Source: Felis catus (taxonomy: Eukaryota). From it: a DNA stretch of 64,000 bases. Shown here piece by piece: positions 24,680 to 39,269 of this stretch; position 1 is the first letter of the stretch, and each line of letters opens with the position of its first letter. The notes under the pieces are model-generated. The model ran no database searches. It saw only the letters and a program-made list of their open reading frames with translations, and was not told the DNA's origin. A program made the position numbers and the translations under genes. The stretch is taken from contig NC_058383.1 of the NCBI RefSeq assembly GCF_018350175.1, positions 19,406,001 through 19,470,000 of the forward strand. Reading direction: 5' to 3'.

Positions 24680-26896
24680 AAATCATTCTTGACCAGGAAC
24701 AATGGTCGGTGCTTGGTCATAACAAAACCCAAATGTCCAAAACCGGGGAAGCAGAACCTGAGATCTCACGCAGCTGACGTCATTGCGTAGAGTGTGTCCA
24801 AACACGAGGAATTGCTTCTGATCGGTGGAGGGCGAAAAAGGCAGAATCAAAACGGTATGTGTGTGGTCAAGTGCAAAGTTGGAAAGAAGTGTGTCTGTGG
24901 ACCCAGAGTGGGAGGTGATAAATGTGAGAATGCAATTAGCTGTTGAGGTAGGGTGGTGGCATTATGGGCGATTTCTTCGTTTGCTTTTTAAATGTTTCTC
25001 TAGCTGTTGACACATCCATCTTTTCAACAATCGTGGCAGGAACATTTATTACCGACTTCTTATCTCCTGCCAGGCTTGGAAGCCTGGGAGATGATTGTCG
25101 GGCGGGCAACAGCATAAAACAGAAGGAAAACACAAGTAACTAAGAGACGCTTTCCAAACACAGCAATAGTTGGAGTCTCTGGAGCAAACAGTCGGAGGTT
25201 TCAGCGGGCGCCCGGCAGCCCCCAGGGAGAGAGCGCGGGGAGCCTGAGCCCGGGGAGGCCCAGAGAGTGGAAAGTCTGAGCACCCGGCCACAGACTGCCG
25301 GCCTCGACCTCCCTCCGGAGACCGCCCTGTCTCCTGATGCTATCCTGGTGGCTATGGTGGCATCCGTCACCCAGGATCTGGGACTGGCACTCGTGTGCGC
25401 GCTTCTGTATTTAAGCGGGACGATTTATGAAAATGTGGATTTACGAAACTGATAAATGGGGAGATAATTATCGAGAGTGTGAAAGGGATCGCTAAAGGAA
25501 CTCCCTACTGCAGCTGAGCCTTCGGCGATACTCAGGCGGCACCAAAGAAAAGTGGTGGTTTTGTTGTTTTTTTTTTTTTTTTTAATTGATAGCCTGCTTT
25601 ACATAAAAAGCTGCCCTCGGTGTAGACGACTGAGGATAATCAGATTCAGCCCCCGCCCTGTCGAAGACGGAGCCCCTGCCACCTGTGCCCCATCACGCTC
25701 TATTCTCCTGTGGCTCACTGCCTCACCCTACAGGATTCTGTCTGTGTGTCTGTTTATTCTCCCTTCTGACCGACAGACTCTGACCCCCGGGCACGGGGTC
25801 CACGCGGAGTGGAATTCTCTCCATACTTATTTCTGGAACCGGCGGCTTCAAGGCGCCCAAGGTCTGGCAGGGCAGAGAAAACATGGATGTGTATGTATCC
25901 TAACAGCCGCCGTGGACCCAGCGCCCATCACAGGAACCCTTCCTGTCTTAGCCAGTAGCGACCTGTGGGGCCACCCTGAGGAAGCAGGGCACCCTGAGCT
26001 AGCACCGGGTGTCATGAGGGAGTGTGGCAGGGGACATGAGGGGGTGGTCAGGGCACATGCAGGGGGCCAGCTGGCCAGAGGGTTCAGCCAGGCTCCAGGG
26101 GCAGTCACCTGGGTGTGACTGTGCCGGGGTTAATGGCTGAACCACCTTGGTCTCAGAGAGCTGTGGCCGCTGTGTGACCAGGCTGACCACAGCGGCCCTT
26201 GGATCTCAGTCACCCCAGGGGGCACTCGAGGATTACCCAGATGTCAGCTCAGGGAGAAGGTGTGTTTAACATTCAAATGACACCTGGGTGCCTAATCCTT
26301 CACCGGTCCTGGGATTAAGGTCCTACCATTGGCCTGTTTTATAGATGAATTTGCCCAAGGTCACAGAGCCCAGGAAGCAGCCAGGATTTAAATTCTGGTC
26401 CCGAGTCCATCTCCCAGCCACTGTTTCTTGTCTCCTCGCCAGGCTAGCATACCACGGGGGCTCTGAGCTAGCAGAGCGGTGGCTCCCACCTGGGGGCTTC
26501 CTGGAGGTGGTGGCATTTGAGTCTAGCCTTGAAGGATGGAGAGGCGAAGGGCAGTGGTGCAGACCGCCTGCTGTTCCTCCCAGAGCCTGGGTGCTCGCAG
26601 GCTCGGGTGTTCGCCCTTTAGGCTGTCAGCATCCCCCATCCGCGTGGGGGGAAGTGGCAGACTGTGGGGGACAATGCTTCGCCCGGGGGAGGCTCTGCCG
26701 GTTCCTCGGCTTGTGTGACCTTGGGCAAGTCCCGCCACCCCCGGGGCCTGTTCCCCTTCTACAAAATGAGCCCCAGAATGCCTCCACCTCTTAGGAATGT
26801 CATGAGGATGGAGTGGGGTATCCGGCTGAGGCTCCAGCTCAGGGACTGGTCCATGCCAAGCCCTGTCGGATGCCAGCTCTCCCCTTCCTTCTCTCT

Positions 26897-27131
26897 CTTT
26901 TTTAATTTTTTTTTTTAATGTTTATTCATTTTTGAGAGACAGACAGTGAGAGACAGAGCGTGAGCAGGAGAGGGGCAGAGAGAAAGGGAGACACAGAACA
27001 GAACCCGAAGCAGGCTCCAGGCTCTAAGATGTCAGCACAGAGCCCCGACGTGGGGCTCGAACTCGCAAACAGCGAGATGCTGACCTGGGCCGAAGGCAGA
27101 CACTTAACCGACTGAACCCCCCAGGCGCCCC
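26897..27131 (-). mobile_element. CanSINE
   Basis: Reverse-strand SINE ending caggcgcccc. Confidence 0.92.
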
Positions 27132-29347
27132 TCCCCAGCACTCCAGCCCTTGCTCTGTTGTGAGTCTGTCAGGCATGATGACACCTTTCATGACGCTGAG
27201 TGACCAGAATCACTAAGTGTCCTCCGGGACGGGTTGTGCAGGGGTGACCCAGGGCAGTCACATCTTCCCTCCCCCTCCCCCGGTCCTCTTGGAGCACATG
27301 GCCATTTTCTGCTTCCTCTGGTGCAGTTATAAACAGGTGGCCTTGTGCTCCCCTGCCACCCACCAGGGAGTTCCTCAAGAGCAAGGGCTGTGGGGTGAAC
27401 ACCTGTTCGTTTTTCCTCGCCAGCTACGCTCCCCCACCTTCCAAACCCAGCCCCTCAGATCCCCTCTGGCAACTGCCCCGTTCCTTCTCTTACTCCGTGT
27501 GGTGTGGGTGATGCTCGCTCACTCCACCACCCAGCTTAAGGAGGTAGCCGAGGAGTGGCCAGTGAGACCGTGGCACCTCACAGGCACAGGGGACGCCTGG
27601 CTCGGGGCTGGGGCCGGAGCCCTCCGCTGCACTTCGGCCGGAACTATCAGGAAGGAAGTGCTCTCTCCTCGAGGCAGGATGTCAGCGTGGGGCCTCCAGT
27701 GGCTGCCTTGGTAAAGAAAGTACAGACCTGAGATGCCTCCAACATGAGCTGAGTGCCTGGATACAGCTATGCCTGAAGCCAAAGTATTATCCTGGGCTTC
27801 TTTAATTTCATGAGCCAGTAAGTTTCCTTATTGTTTAAGGTCCATTTACCTTGGGTTTCTGTCCCTCGGACCTCAGGAGCATTAACTATAAAGCGCGTGC
27901 CCTCCTCAGCACAGGGTTCTCCTTCACACTGGTGGCAGTGCTAGGCACCGTGGAGGTACTCGGCGAAATCCTCCCGGCTGTGTTCTGGGCCGGCCTCTCC
28001 TAGGGACTTGCTCCAACGATCGCACAGCCCTTTCTCAGGTCACAGGCAACCGCATAAGCAGGCTGGGTTTGCATCTCCCTCTATGCACAGGATAAAGCCC
28101 AGACACTGGTTCTCCACCGGGTCACAGAACCAGACTCCCAAGTAAACTGCGGTTTATTTCTGCAAAACCCCTCGCGGTGAAACTGGCAACCCCGGCAGGT
28201 TTCTCTCCTGCTGAGTACAGAACGCGAATCCGAAAGTACAGCCCGGCCCCACCACTTCCGGGGGGTGTTGCCTCAGGCTTTCTTTTCTGTAAAATGGGTG
28301 CGATGGCTGCACCCACACCTCATCGGGGAGGGTGAGGATAAAATGCAACGATGGGGGCGAGGTTCCTGGCGTGCAGGTGGCAGCCCAGAAAAGGCGCCTC
28401 GAGAGCAACGCCCGGTGATAGCTCAGGGGGACGCCCCCTCCTCGTGCCTCCCTCTGGACGTGTTTCCAGCTCCACTTTCTGAGTCCCTGTCGTCAAGCCA
28501 GCTCCCTGTCGGTGACCACACGTTCCCCCAGTTTTACGGCAACTCCACGTGGACACGTTTCTTCATTGCCTTTGTGCCGCGACCTTGTCTCTGGATACTC
28601 TCCTCCATGCTGTCGGCTCGTACCCCTTTGGTCGCAATCTGCCGGTTAATGAGAAGCAACGTGCTCCTGAGAAACCACGACCCTGTCCCCCAGGGCGAGT
28701 CACGCGTGTGTGACCCAACGATCACCCAAATGTTCAGTGGCACCATCCGGTCTGCCAGCAGTGGAATACAAACATCCTGCTCCATGGCATTAATGATGAC
28801 AAAAACCCACGTTGGGTTTTAACGAGCGCAAGCCTCCCGCTATGGTAGTTTGCGGTCGCCCCTGGGCTGGGCAGACGAGCAGAGAGCAGCCGGGCACAGG
28901 GGACGCTGCCTGGCATTTCTGGCTGTGCCTCGGGCCTTGATCCGTTCAAGGGTTTGTCACTAAGGGTCGTACTGCCTCACTGGGGGGCAGCTGGCGACTT
29001 GGGTGGGTGCTGTTAGAGATACTGGGGAAGTATCTGTTAGATACTGTTAGAGATACTCGGTGGAAGTTAGTAAAGGGGCCGGCGGGCAGGAACGCTGAGC
29101 TATAGAACACGAAGGACTAAACCTGTGCATATAATATGCCACCAGGGCCCTGCCTGACGAGCACCGGGAGCCCCACCAGCCAGATGAGGGCGGGATGCAC
29201 ATGCAGGGTGACAACCCCCAGGCTCTCCTGCCTGCAAGACCCCAAGTTCATTCCCAGAACACAAACGCCCAGATCAGGGCCCCCTCCTCCTCACTCCTGC
29301 GATCTGTTTTAGGGGCCCGTAGCATTCTTGCCGCTGTTTTGTGGGGG

Positions 29348-29544
29348 TTTTTTTGTTTTGTTTTTGAGAAAGAGAGAGAGAGAGTACAAACAGAGCAGGG
29401 GCAGAGGGAAAGAGAAAATCTTAAGCAGGCTTCACGCTCAGTGCAGAGCCCGACACGGGGCTCGATCCCATGAGCCTGGGATCACAAGCTGAGCCAGAAA
29501 CAAGAGCCAGAAACGCTCAACCGACCGTGCTACCCAGACGCCCC
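29348..29544 (-). mobile_element. CanSINE (older type)
   Basis: ggggctcgatcccatgagcctgggatca motif. Confidence 0.85.
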
Positions 29545-30398
29545 TGTTTTGTGTTTTAATCTGAGTGCATTACCAACATTTTAAAACTCAGGAGATTTCA
29601 CAACACAGAGCCAGACTTCCAGCTTCTCCGTCAACCTCGGAGGATACGGACCCCTGGACCTGTGTGCCCACACACATCAGGTGGCCTGAGCGGAGCAGCA
29701 TGGGAGTGAGGATTCCAGGTGCCCACGGTCTCCACTGAGCTGGTTTTGCTCACTGCCATCCCGCCCTCCCAGCATCTGAATTTGCGAACCCGGCCTAACG
29801 CGAGGCCCGGGGCCTGATGAACTTGCACAGGCCCTGCGAGGGCGCTGAAGACGGGACACCTCCTTCCAACCGGACCAGACCGCTCTGCCCTCAGTCACTA
29901 AACACTGCCTCCACCGCTGTGGGGTTTTTTTTCAGGAGCTAGCCCTCCAGAGTCAAAATCAGTACGAACTTAACTTTCAACGACGTATCGACCAACTTCA
30001 AACACAGACGGAAGGTGACTCCACCTTTATCTCACGAGGCAGGATTACAGGCTCAGGTTTCAAGGGGCCCGGCAAAGCCTGTAGGATCACAGACTGGGCT
30101 CTTCAGGTGACTGAGGCCCAGGCCCTGCCGGGTTCCGGCTTCTCGCGACAAAGCCACCTCCTCCCAGAACAGGAGCGGGGAGGCGAGAGGTGGTAGTTAC
30201 CGGGAGAGCAGTTGGCTACAGCTCAAAGATGCAATTACATCGGCGGATGGAGAACTGGGGGCTGGGACTACAGCTAAAATCCCAAGCCCCTGAGTGGAGG
30301 GTGACTACATAGCATTCCTACGTGCAACAGAGCCCAAGTGCTGTTAAGCAATCTAAATAGGGTTTTTATGGGGCTGCCGTTGAGCAGCTTTATCTTAC

Positions 30399-30475
30399 CG
30401 GTTCCTCTGCTGAAGCAATATTAAATACTCATCATGCTTCTCATCAAAGTCTGGTACCATGTCCTTAGTATAACC
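30399..30475 (-). CDS. KATNIP: KATNIP coding exon (exon 3 equivalent), 77 nt
   Basis: ttcctttcag|GGTTATACT...AGGAACCG|gtaaga. Encodes GYTKDMVPDFDEKHDEYLILLQQRN(R). Confidence 0.96.
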
Positions 30476-31587
30476 CTGAAAGGAAGAAACAGAGCAGTGT
30501 GATATCGGAATGCAGGGAATTGTTTACTGAGGCAGGAGAGGCCGAGAGGCCGAGGCGAGCTTGACGAGGGCCCAGCTCTCTGGGCGCGTCGCTCTGGCGA
30601 CCCAGAGCCCCAGAGATCGCCTGATGGCCCGGTGGGCCTTCCGCGTCCACAGCTAACAGTCTACAGAAAGCAGGAGGCTGAGTCCCCAGCCTCAACACTG
30701 TCCTTCCCTCCCATGCCCTCTAAAATCGGACTAGGTTTGAGCTTTACCGTTTTCTCCACACTCATTATTTATTTATCTGAATGATCATAATCAGATGTAC
30801 CCCAGATCCGTTGTTTCAGGAGGGAGCTCACTGTTCCCTTGCCACGGCAAGAGAAACGCACGCTTATTAAAAAAAAAAAAAAAAAACCCAGTCGCTACAA
30901 AAACATAGGACCCAGACAGTGAAGGCTCCTTGAGGAGCAGACACTTGTGGTTTTGTGCCCCCTTTTCAGGCAACAGAACTCTGGGTTTCCTTCAGAGAAC
31001 CCTTCGGCCCCTTTTTTCAGTTCACTGGCTTCCGGAGATGCCCTTGGAAGTTCCTTTGGTCTGCGGCTGAGCCAGGGCCCATGTCGGGTGCTCGAAAGTC
31101 AGCTCTGGGACGTTGCGGATACTCTTCGGGGAAAAGCTGTTTTCTTTCCACGGGGGTGCCAGGCTGCTGAGACACGGGCCTGGAACTGTCTGAGAACGAG
31201 GTCAATGGGGGAGACAGCAGGCGTGAGAGATGGAAAGGAAGATCCCTAATGTCATAACCTGAGACCCCGGGTCCACTCATGTATGAACAAGTATCTGGAC
31301 AATTCAGCTATTGCTTGAGAAGTTTCTGCTGAGTTTCTGTCATGTGCAGCCAAAAGAATTATGTCATATATACCACAATCTGACCATTAGAGATAACCCC
31401 TATTACAATTTTTTACAGCTTTATGGAAGGATAATTCAGGTAAAATAAACTACACATATTTAAAGTGACATATGTATATGCCAGTAAAACCCCCATTATA
31501 ATTTGATACATATACCCTTAGATGTTTTTCTTTAGAATATACGTATATATACATATTTATAAAATACACATGCAAACACAGACATTC

Positions 31588-31811
31588 TTTTTTTTTTAAT
31601 TTTTTTTAAGTTTATTTATTTTTGACAGAGACAGAGCGAGCATGAGCTGGGGAGGTGCAGAGAGAGAGAGAGGGAAACACAGAATCGGAAGCAGGCTCCA
31701 GGCTCCGAGCTGTCAGCACAGAGCCCGACGTGGGGCTCGAACTCACAGACCACGAGATCCTGACCCGGGCCAAAGTCGGATGCCCAACCGACTGAGCCAC
31801 CCAGGCGCCCC
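31588..31811 (-). mobile_element. CanSINE
   Basis: TSD acagacattcttt. Confidence 0.93.
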
Positions 31812-32452
31812 TACAGACATTCTTTCAAACAAAAATAGGATCATCCTGTAAACAACGCTTTGCCATTTTCTACGTTTCTTAAATAACTTTTTTTGCCAAG
31901 GGATGGATTAGAGAGGCAGTATCAGCTTGGTTCTAGTCACAAGTTACATGGATTAAGTTTTAAATGGCAAGTAAGACATTTGTAATAGAAATGCAATTTG
32001 TGTGAAAATCCTAACTACGACCATGGGGAGAAGAGAAAATCCCCATCATTCTCTTCTTCTCAAAAGCTGGCTTCAACACCATTATTCTACCACAACCCTA
32101 TCCACAGGTGACCCATCACCTCCTTAACCAAATATAATAGCTCTTCCCACATTCATCCTTTCTAGCTGCTCTGGGCCAGGGGGGACTGCTGACCATCCCC
32201 CTCCCATCGTCCCCAGGTTCTCCTTCAGCTTCTGCAGCTGTGAATGAGCCTCCCTCCCCTCCGATGCCTTGTCTGACTTCCTTCCCCCTTGGCCCCAGTT
32301 GGGGAGGGTCACTGTTTCTGTCCGTGTCACCCTTCTGTGTCTCCCTCCTCCATTTTCTCTTTCCAGAGGAAAGAGGACATTTTCAGGGAACCCAAGGTCA
32401 CTCCTGGTCCAGGGCTGACAGTCCGATCCCCCTTTCTTGTCCTTTTTCCTTT

Positions 32453-32661
32453 CTTTAAAAAAAAAAAAAAGTTTATTTATTTTTGAGACACACAGAGAGA
32501 GCGAGCGAGAGAGAGAGAGAGTGTGAGCACAAGCAGGGGAGGGGCAGTTAGAGAGAGAGGGGGACAAAAAATCAGAAGCCGGCTCTGCACTGACAGCAGA
32601 GAGCCCGACACGGGGCTCAAACTCACGAACGGTGAGATCGTGACCTGAGCTGAAGTCGGAC
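32453..32661 (-). mobile_element. CanSINE lacking its 5' end
   Basis: Stops at gaagtcggac. Confidence 0.88.
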
Positions 32662-33847
32662 CTCTTCTCTGTCACCCCCACCACACCCCCCTCTCTCAAG
32701 GCCCACCCGGGGACAGGATGAAGTCCTCCTCACCTCCCATCTTCTTTCCTGTTCTGATGTCCCTGAAGCCTCTTGAGTTTTACCGGGGTTTTCCTACTTG
32801 CTCATCTGGCCAAACAATCAGGAAGTGGGGACTAATAAGGAATTTGAATAAACAAACTAGCAATAGCTGACCCCATTCTCTTATTTCCCTGGCTTCCTGA
32901 GATGCCCAGACAGGGTACTTTGTCCTCTCTGGGACCCAGCCCTGCCTGGTCCTGAAAGGGAGGAACACTCGTACACCCTCAGCCCTCAGAGAGCGGGTTG
33001 CAGGACAACGGGTCTGGGGAGGATCTCTCCCCCCCTTCCAGAATAACACGGGTCTGAGGCAGACAGTTCATGAGCATTTCCATACACATGATTCTCCTTT
33101 GATCTTCGAAGGAGCCCTGGAAGTGGTTATTATTACCCCATTTAAGATACAAAGAAACCCATCTCATGCATCTTCCCGAAACACGCATCCTACTCCGTGG
33201 CAATTTACATAACCATTTTGAAATATCAAAATGACCACTGATGTACTATGGTGTGGAATGAACAGTCAATGACATTTTAAGATGAAATACGAGATGACAA
33301 AGAGATCTCAGCGTGGGATGGGCTGCCCGGGGCCTTCACCTCAAACCCCCCGGGAATGCATTTATTCGCCTCTGCCAGGAGAGACAGGTCCTCACAAAGA
33401 CTTGACCGGCCCAGACACGTGTCCAGCCAAACTTCTCACCGGCCCCATGTTTCTCAAATGCTAACTGATGTGCCTATCAGTCACCTGGGGACTGCGGAGA
33501 AACTCTGACTCGAAGGTTCTGACTCGGTAGGACTGGGGAGGGCCCAAGGCTGCATTTCTAACCAGCCCCCAGGCAATGCTCTGGGGCCCATGTGGAGAAG
33601 CAAGGCCCAAGCCCAGCCCACCTCTAATCGGAAGGTCTCTGAACTTGAGCCGGGAAGAACAGGAGATTGGAGACCAGGCCTGGCGCTGGGTCCCCGCACT
33701 GACATCAGTTTACTCCCCTGTTAAAATGGAAGTAATAACAATACCCGTGTGGTTGCCTTTTTGTTTCTTGCATAGGGTTAAACGTGGGGGGGAAACAGTA
33801 GCAGTGGAAAGGGCTCAGTCCAGTTCCAGCATTTAGAATGTTCTCAG

Positions 33848-34016
33848 GGAGGGGCTCCTGGGTGGCTCAGTCCGTTAAGCAGCCGACTTTGGCTCAGGAC
33901 GTGAGGTCGCGGGTCGTGAGTCCGAGCCCCACATTGGGCTCTCTGCTGTCGTCAGCACAGAGCTGATTTCGGATCCTCGTCCCCCTCTCTCTCTCTGCCC
34001 ATCCCTGGCTTGCGCG

Positions 34017-34054
<38 letters not shown>

Positions 34055-34262
34055 AATAAACACTGGGGCACCTGGGTGGCTCAGTCGGTTGAGAAGCCAA
34101 CTCCTGATGTCGGCTCAGGTCATGATCTCACAGTTCGTGGGATCAAGCCCCCCACCCCCGTCCCTGCGGAGCCTGTCTCGCATTCTCTCCCCTCTCTCTG
34201 CCCCTCCCCCACTTGCGCTCTGTCTCTCAAAATAAATAACCTTTGAAAAATCAAACAAAAAA
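33848..34262 (+). mobile_element. Two tandem CanSINEs
   Basis: Heads at about 33848 and 34065. Confidence 0.9.
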
Positions 34263-36071
34263 GAGAACTTTCTCTGTGACTATTAGTTACGTTTACATTC
34301 GTAGAGCTCCATTATCTAAGTAGCGCTATCTCAGGCTACTCCCCATCCAGGCTTATTCCTACCCTGCCGCCTTTTTCATTCTACTCCCTTATGCAGAAAT
34401 CCACCCCTGTCCTCTCCGGAGCCCAGCTGAGTTCCCAAAGTCTCCCCGAAGCCTTCCCTTGCCACCCTCGCCCCCGCTCCCTGCAGCTCGTTCTGAAACC
34501 CTGCAATTAGCGTTAAATTACATACAATACAGTGAGAAACAGTACATAATTAAGTGCTAAGTTGTTAGCATTTAACTATGTCTGTTGCTCACTAATTATC
34601 TGGGGATTTGGAGACGTTGGGGGGTGAGCCCTGAACTCTGCTACCTACCTTTGGGGAGCCTCAGTTGCCGCGTCTGTAAAAGGGGGATAATACTGTCTAC
34701 CTCCCAGGGCTGCTCTGAGGATCAACTTGGAGACAAGCAGGAGTGTTTCAGGATCCTTCTTATTGATTCCACAGCCGGACGATCAAGTCTGGGGCACAGT
34801 CGCAGCCTCCCAGCATGCAGCTCTAGGACGATCGCCGCTAAGGCTGACCGAGCGCCACCACGGCTCACCCTCACTGCAGCCCTGGTCAGACACCAGATGC
34901 TGACTCCCCCCCCCCCACCCCGCGCCGCGCACTTCGCTTTGCCGAGGCTTTATTAGTCCGGCTCTAAAATGGAGGCATTTGCATCCAAGGCGCCTCGCGG
35001 AGGTGTGAGGACCTTGTAAAGTGCCAAGTTTATCATCGCTGTCTTTCAGCAAACATTTATAAGCGCTCACTGCGTGGCTGTTACATATGCAATGAGGGTT
35101 TGACAAAAGCTTGGACCCACTGTGTGTGCTCGCCTATCAGCTGCACCCGACGGCCAGTCAGGGACCCTCACTGTGTGGTCCTACTGTGCACCGCGTCCGG
35201 GGAACACGCACTAGCCGGGGGCCCCTAACAGCGGGGATATGCAGGGGGTTCTAGGAACATGTATTCAGTTGAGTGCACAAGGGTATTCTTCTGGGAAGAA
35301 AGTCCATAATTTTCATCAGATTACCAAAGGCATCTGAGCCCCCAAAAGGGAGACAAACGATCGTAACAAAATGTATAAAATGGGATGCCAAAGTTTTGAA
35401 GGAGGGACCTGAGAAGGCTCCCAAGGGCATGGCCAGGCCCCAGTCTCCACAGAGAAACAGTAGGAAGCCCCAAACCTGACCACTTCTCTCCACCTCCCGG
35501 CCACCACCCTGGTTCAGCTCGCCCTCCCTGGCCTCCCGCTCCTGCCCTCACCCCTGCAGTCTGCTCTCCCTGCCACAGCCAAGGGGTGCTGCTGAAAGCT
35601 GAGTCCAATCATGCCACTCCTCTACTCCAGACTCTGCATGGGTCTCCGAGGCCACCAGGCCTCTGCTCACGTGTCTGACCCACCTCCTACTGCTCTACCG
35701 CTCCTCCCCATTCCAGTACCCTTGACGCTCAGCACGCTCCCTCCTCAGGGCCTTCGACTCATCAGTGCCCTGGCCCCCTCCCCAGGCATGGGGTACTCTT
35801 CTCCCAGGTAAGTACCCAGGCTGCTCACGCCCTTCAAGGCTTGCCTCACATCTTACCTCCTCCTGTCTCCCTGGCCACCCTGTTTATAATTGTGAGCTGT
35901 GCTTCACACCCCCACTCCCAAGCCCCACTAACACACTATTTTATCTTGTTTATTACACCTTTTAGGTATTGATTCCATGAAGGCGAACTGGGTCTGTTTC
36001 GATCGCTTGTGTATTCCAAGCCACCAGGACAGTGCTTGGCACACACTTCGCCCTCACTAAGTACTGGTTGA

Positions 36072-36497
36072 GGGGCGCCTGGGTGGCTCAGTCGGTTAAG
36101 CATCCAACTTTGGCTCGGGTCATGATCTCGCGGTCTGTAAGTTCGAGCCCTGCATCGGTCTCTGTGCCGACAGCTTGGAGCCGGGAGCCTGCTTTGGGTT
36201 CTGTGTCTCCCTCTCTCTCTGACCCTCCCCCGCTCGTGCTCTGTCTCTGTCTCTCTCAAAAATAAATAAACATTATGGGGCGCCTGGGTGGCTCAGTCGG
36301 TTGGGTGTCCAACTTCGGCTTAGGCCGTGATCTCCCGGTCCGTGAGTTCGAGCCCCGCGTCGGGCTCTGTGCCAACAGCTCGGAGCCTGGAGCCTGCTTC
36401 GGATTCTGCGTTTCCCTCTCTCTCTGACCCTCCCCTGCTCATGCTCTGTCTCTGCCTCTCTCTCAAAATAAAAAAAACATTAAATAAATAAATAAAT
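36072..36497 (+). mobile_element. Two tandem CanSINEs inside an L2 3' end
   Basis: Heads at about 36072 and 36277; outer TSD aagtactggttga / aaatactggttga. Confidence 0.92.
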
Positions 36498-38075
36498 ACT
36501 GGTTGAATGAGTGAATAAATAAGGAGACACATGAGCTGGGATTTTAAAGTTGAAACATTTCCTGGGTCACAAGGAAAGGGAAAGGCATTCCAAGCAACAG
36601 CAGCGGCACTGGGCAAAGGTCTAAAAAACCTTGACGTGTTTGCGGACTGGCTAGAAGTTGGATCTGACGAGAGGTAGGTGCCCAGGATGTGCGAGTTAAC
36701 TACGGCTCAGGGTCTGAGGAGTTTGGACGTGACACGGAAGCAAAGTGTCACTGCCACTACTATGAGCCTCATCGTCTTTATCCCTGATGCTGGCCCTGGA
36801 GACAGTGCAGAATCTTATCGGTGGCCATACTATTAATTCTCTTTGGGGGGAAAAAATGGAATTGGAAAGAAATGCCAAGAATCAGTTATGTTTAAAGGTG
36901 CTCGACCGCGTCTGTATTTCAGGGATCACAGATTCCTCTGCGGCCGGGATATTGGAATTCTTTCTGAACAGGGGTGATTTAGCAAGCGCCAGTACCCGCT
37001 GCATTAACAAGCGGCTGAGAGTGGTGGAGTTGGTTTCCAGGGCTCCCGAATGTTGGGGACCTAGCCTTGCTGGTGTCAGGTCCCAGCAGAGAACAATCAC
37101 TTTGGGGGGTTTCATAATGAGGCTGTGAAAACACTGTGTCTGGGGGCACGGCAGGGGTCCTAGAGCATTTTCACACACCTGAGTTCCTCCACCTCCCCCA
37201 CCCTGCCTCCTTCCCCCCCCCACCCCCCCCCCCGCCAGGCTCCTGTCGCACCCCAGGGACAATTTAGGAGGCAAGCCCATGCTCCAGGTTACGGGGGCCT
37301 CGCTCTGCGGGCAGCCTTAGCTGCCATTTATTATGCTCTCTGCGGGTGCTTATTGTGGCTGTCTGCAATAATGCTATGGTCAATAATGCTACGCCCATTT
37401 TACAGAGGAGGAAACTGAGGCTCTGAATGCTGGGGCAAATTGCCTAACGGCCACAAAGCGTCTAAGTGGGGCTAATACACATCTGTTGTTTGTGTCAGCT
37501 CAGCATCTATTCATTTCCTTCTGGTTACAACACCTCGATCTTCCTCTGGGAAACCACCTCTCTTCCTCTGGGAAACCACCTCTCCTCCACTCCCCATCCA
37601 CGCGGTGTGGGTGGAAACAGCACCCCCTTGGTGGACATGTGACCTAGGCCGGGCCAATCAGGGTATTCCATCTCCCTGGCCATGTGATCGGCTCAGGGCT
37701 AGGCGTGCGTCCCAAGCCAGGCCGACAGACTCAACTAAGGGATTGGCTGAATCGGCTGGAAAAGTCCCTGGGCCTCTTGCCCTGGAATTATTAGCTGATA
37801 GGAGCACAGAGCTACCAGGGAAGGAGTCATTGTTGTCAACTGATTAGGTTCACCCTTGTGAACATCCTTATATGTTCCATGGAGAGATCTGTCCAAGGGT
37901 GACAGCAACACAGGCAGCCGAATTGAGGACAGAAAGAGACCACATAGAAACTAGATCCTCTTAACCGTGTTTAATCCCCCGTATCCAGCCATGCCTGAAG
38001 CCAGCCCTACATTGGACTTTTTAGTCACATTTCTTTCTTAACTGGAGCCAGTCTGAAGTGGAGGGGTGGGGAGGC

Positions 38076-38123
38076 GAGAGAGAGAGAGAGAGAGAGAGCT
38101 AGAGAGAGAGAGAGAGAGAGAGA
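38076..38123. repeat. Interrupted (GA)n microsatellite
   Basis: Direct read. Confidence 0.9.
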
Positions 38124-39269
38124 AAGATTTACCCCTGAGGGAATTCTGGGTGGCACAATGGTAGAGCCAATACTCAGGGCTGTCTAAATCCCAGGTCTCA
38201 CCGAGGGCTCAGAGAAGTGTTTAGTTAGAGGATTCAAATGATACCTTAAGGAATGTGCCCGATGATGACCCACAGTAAGAGATGATCTAAATGTATCTCA
38301 GAGTACGAAACTCCTATTCTCCCTTCAAAACCCAGCCCAGTACCAACTCCTCCGTTCTCCTAGTGATTCTGTTCTTTACGTCCCCATGTTGTATAGTCGT
38401 GAGCCCTTAATGCATATCACTTGAATGGAAGAGTATAGGTCTGAGCTTCCTTTGTACTGTTCTTGCTAACATAACAGGTGACCTCCTATCCTCAAAACAG
38501 GAACCCAAAATGCTCTGCATTCAGGAGACTCCAAAAGAAGCCTAAAGCAACGGCTGATACTGCCCCCTAGGGGTGGAACGAAATACGGCAAGGCACCGCA
38601 ACAAAGATTTGAGTTTCTCATGCCCTGGGGAGACGGGGTAACAAAATCACAAGCTACACACACACCAGATGGATAATCAAAGGAAGAGTTTGGGTTATTT
38701 CTCAAACACCTTGGGCTTACATTTATCACGTCACTAACCTGCTATGTACCATTCCTGATTGGTACCAATCATACGGTACCAATACGCACCCGGAGATTTT
38801 ATCCCTGGTTCCAGGGTTTGTAGAACGTTAGGGCAGATCCAGAATCCAGGATTTCCTCCGGGACTCCAGGACACAATAAGTTGTATCTTTGTAAAAATGC
38901 TTTCCTTACATGCCTATCTAAATAAATATCCCCGTACGTATCTGCTAGAAAATCATGAACATGTCTTTTTAATTCTCCCAGAAGTGTTCTCGTAAGACTG
39001 CAACGTGTATGATAAACTGTCTTTCAGGCCGGCAAATACAGGTTTTCTCTTTTTAATCTGGAGTGAGTTTACTTTAAAGAGGAAACTTTATATTAATGCC
39101 ATAAACGGAAAATCAGTATCACTTGCCATAAATAGAAGGCAGACACAAATACGGACCTATTAAAATAGCACATGGTTTACGAGCCACCTACAGAGCCGTG
39201 GAAGCATACAAGCCACACGCTGGGAATCTCCCCACAACCCTGCAAGGTGGACGGCACTGACCTCATTTT

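Noticed and set aside
29010-29057. Three copies of ctgttag(ag)atact; also a 22-bp duplication at about 37541-37584
   Set aside because: Ordinary local slippage; not CRISPR-like (eukaryotic context, no spacer array).
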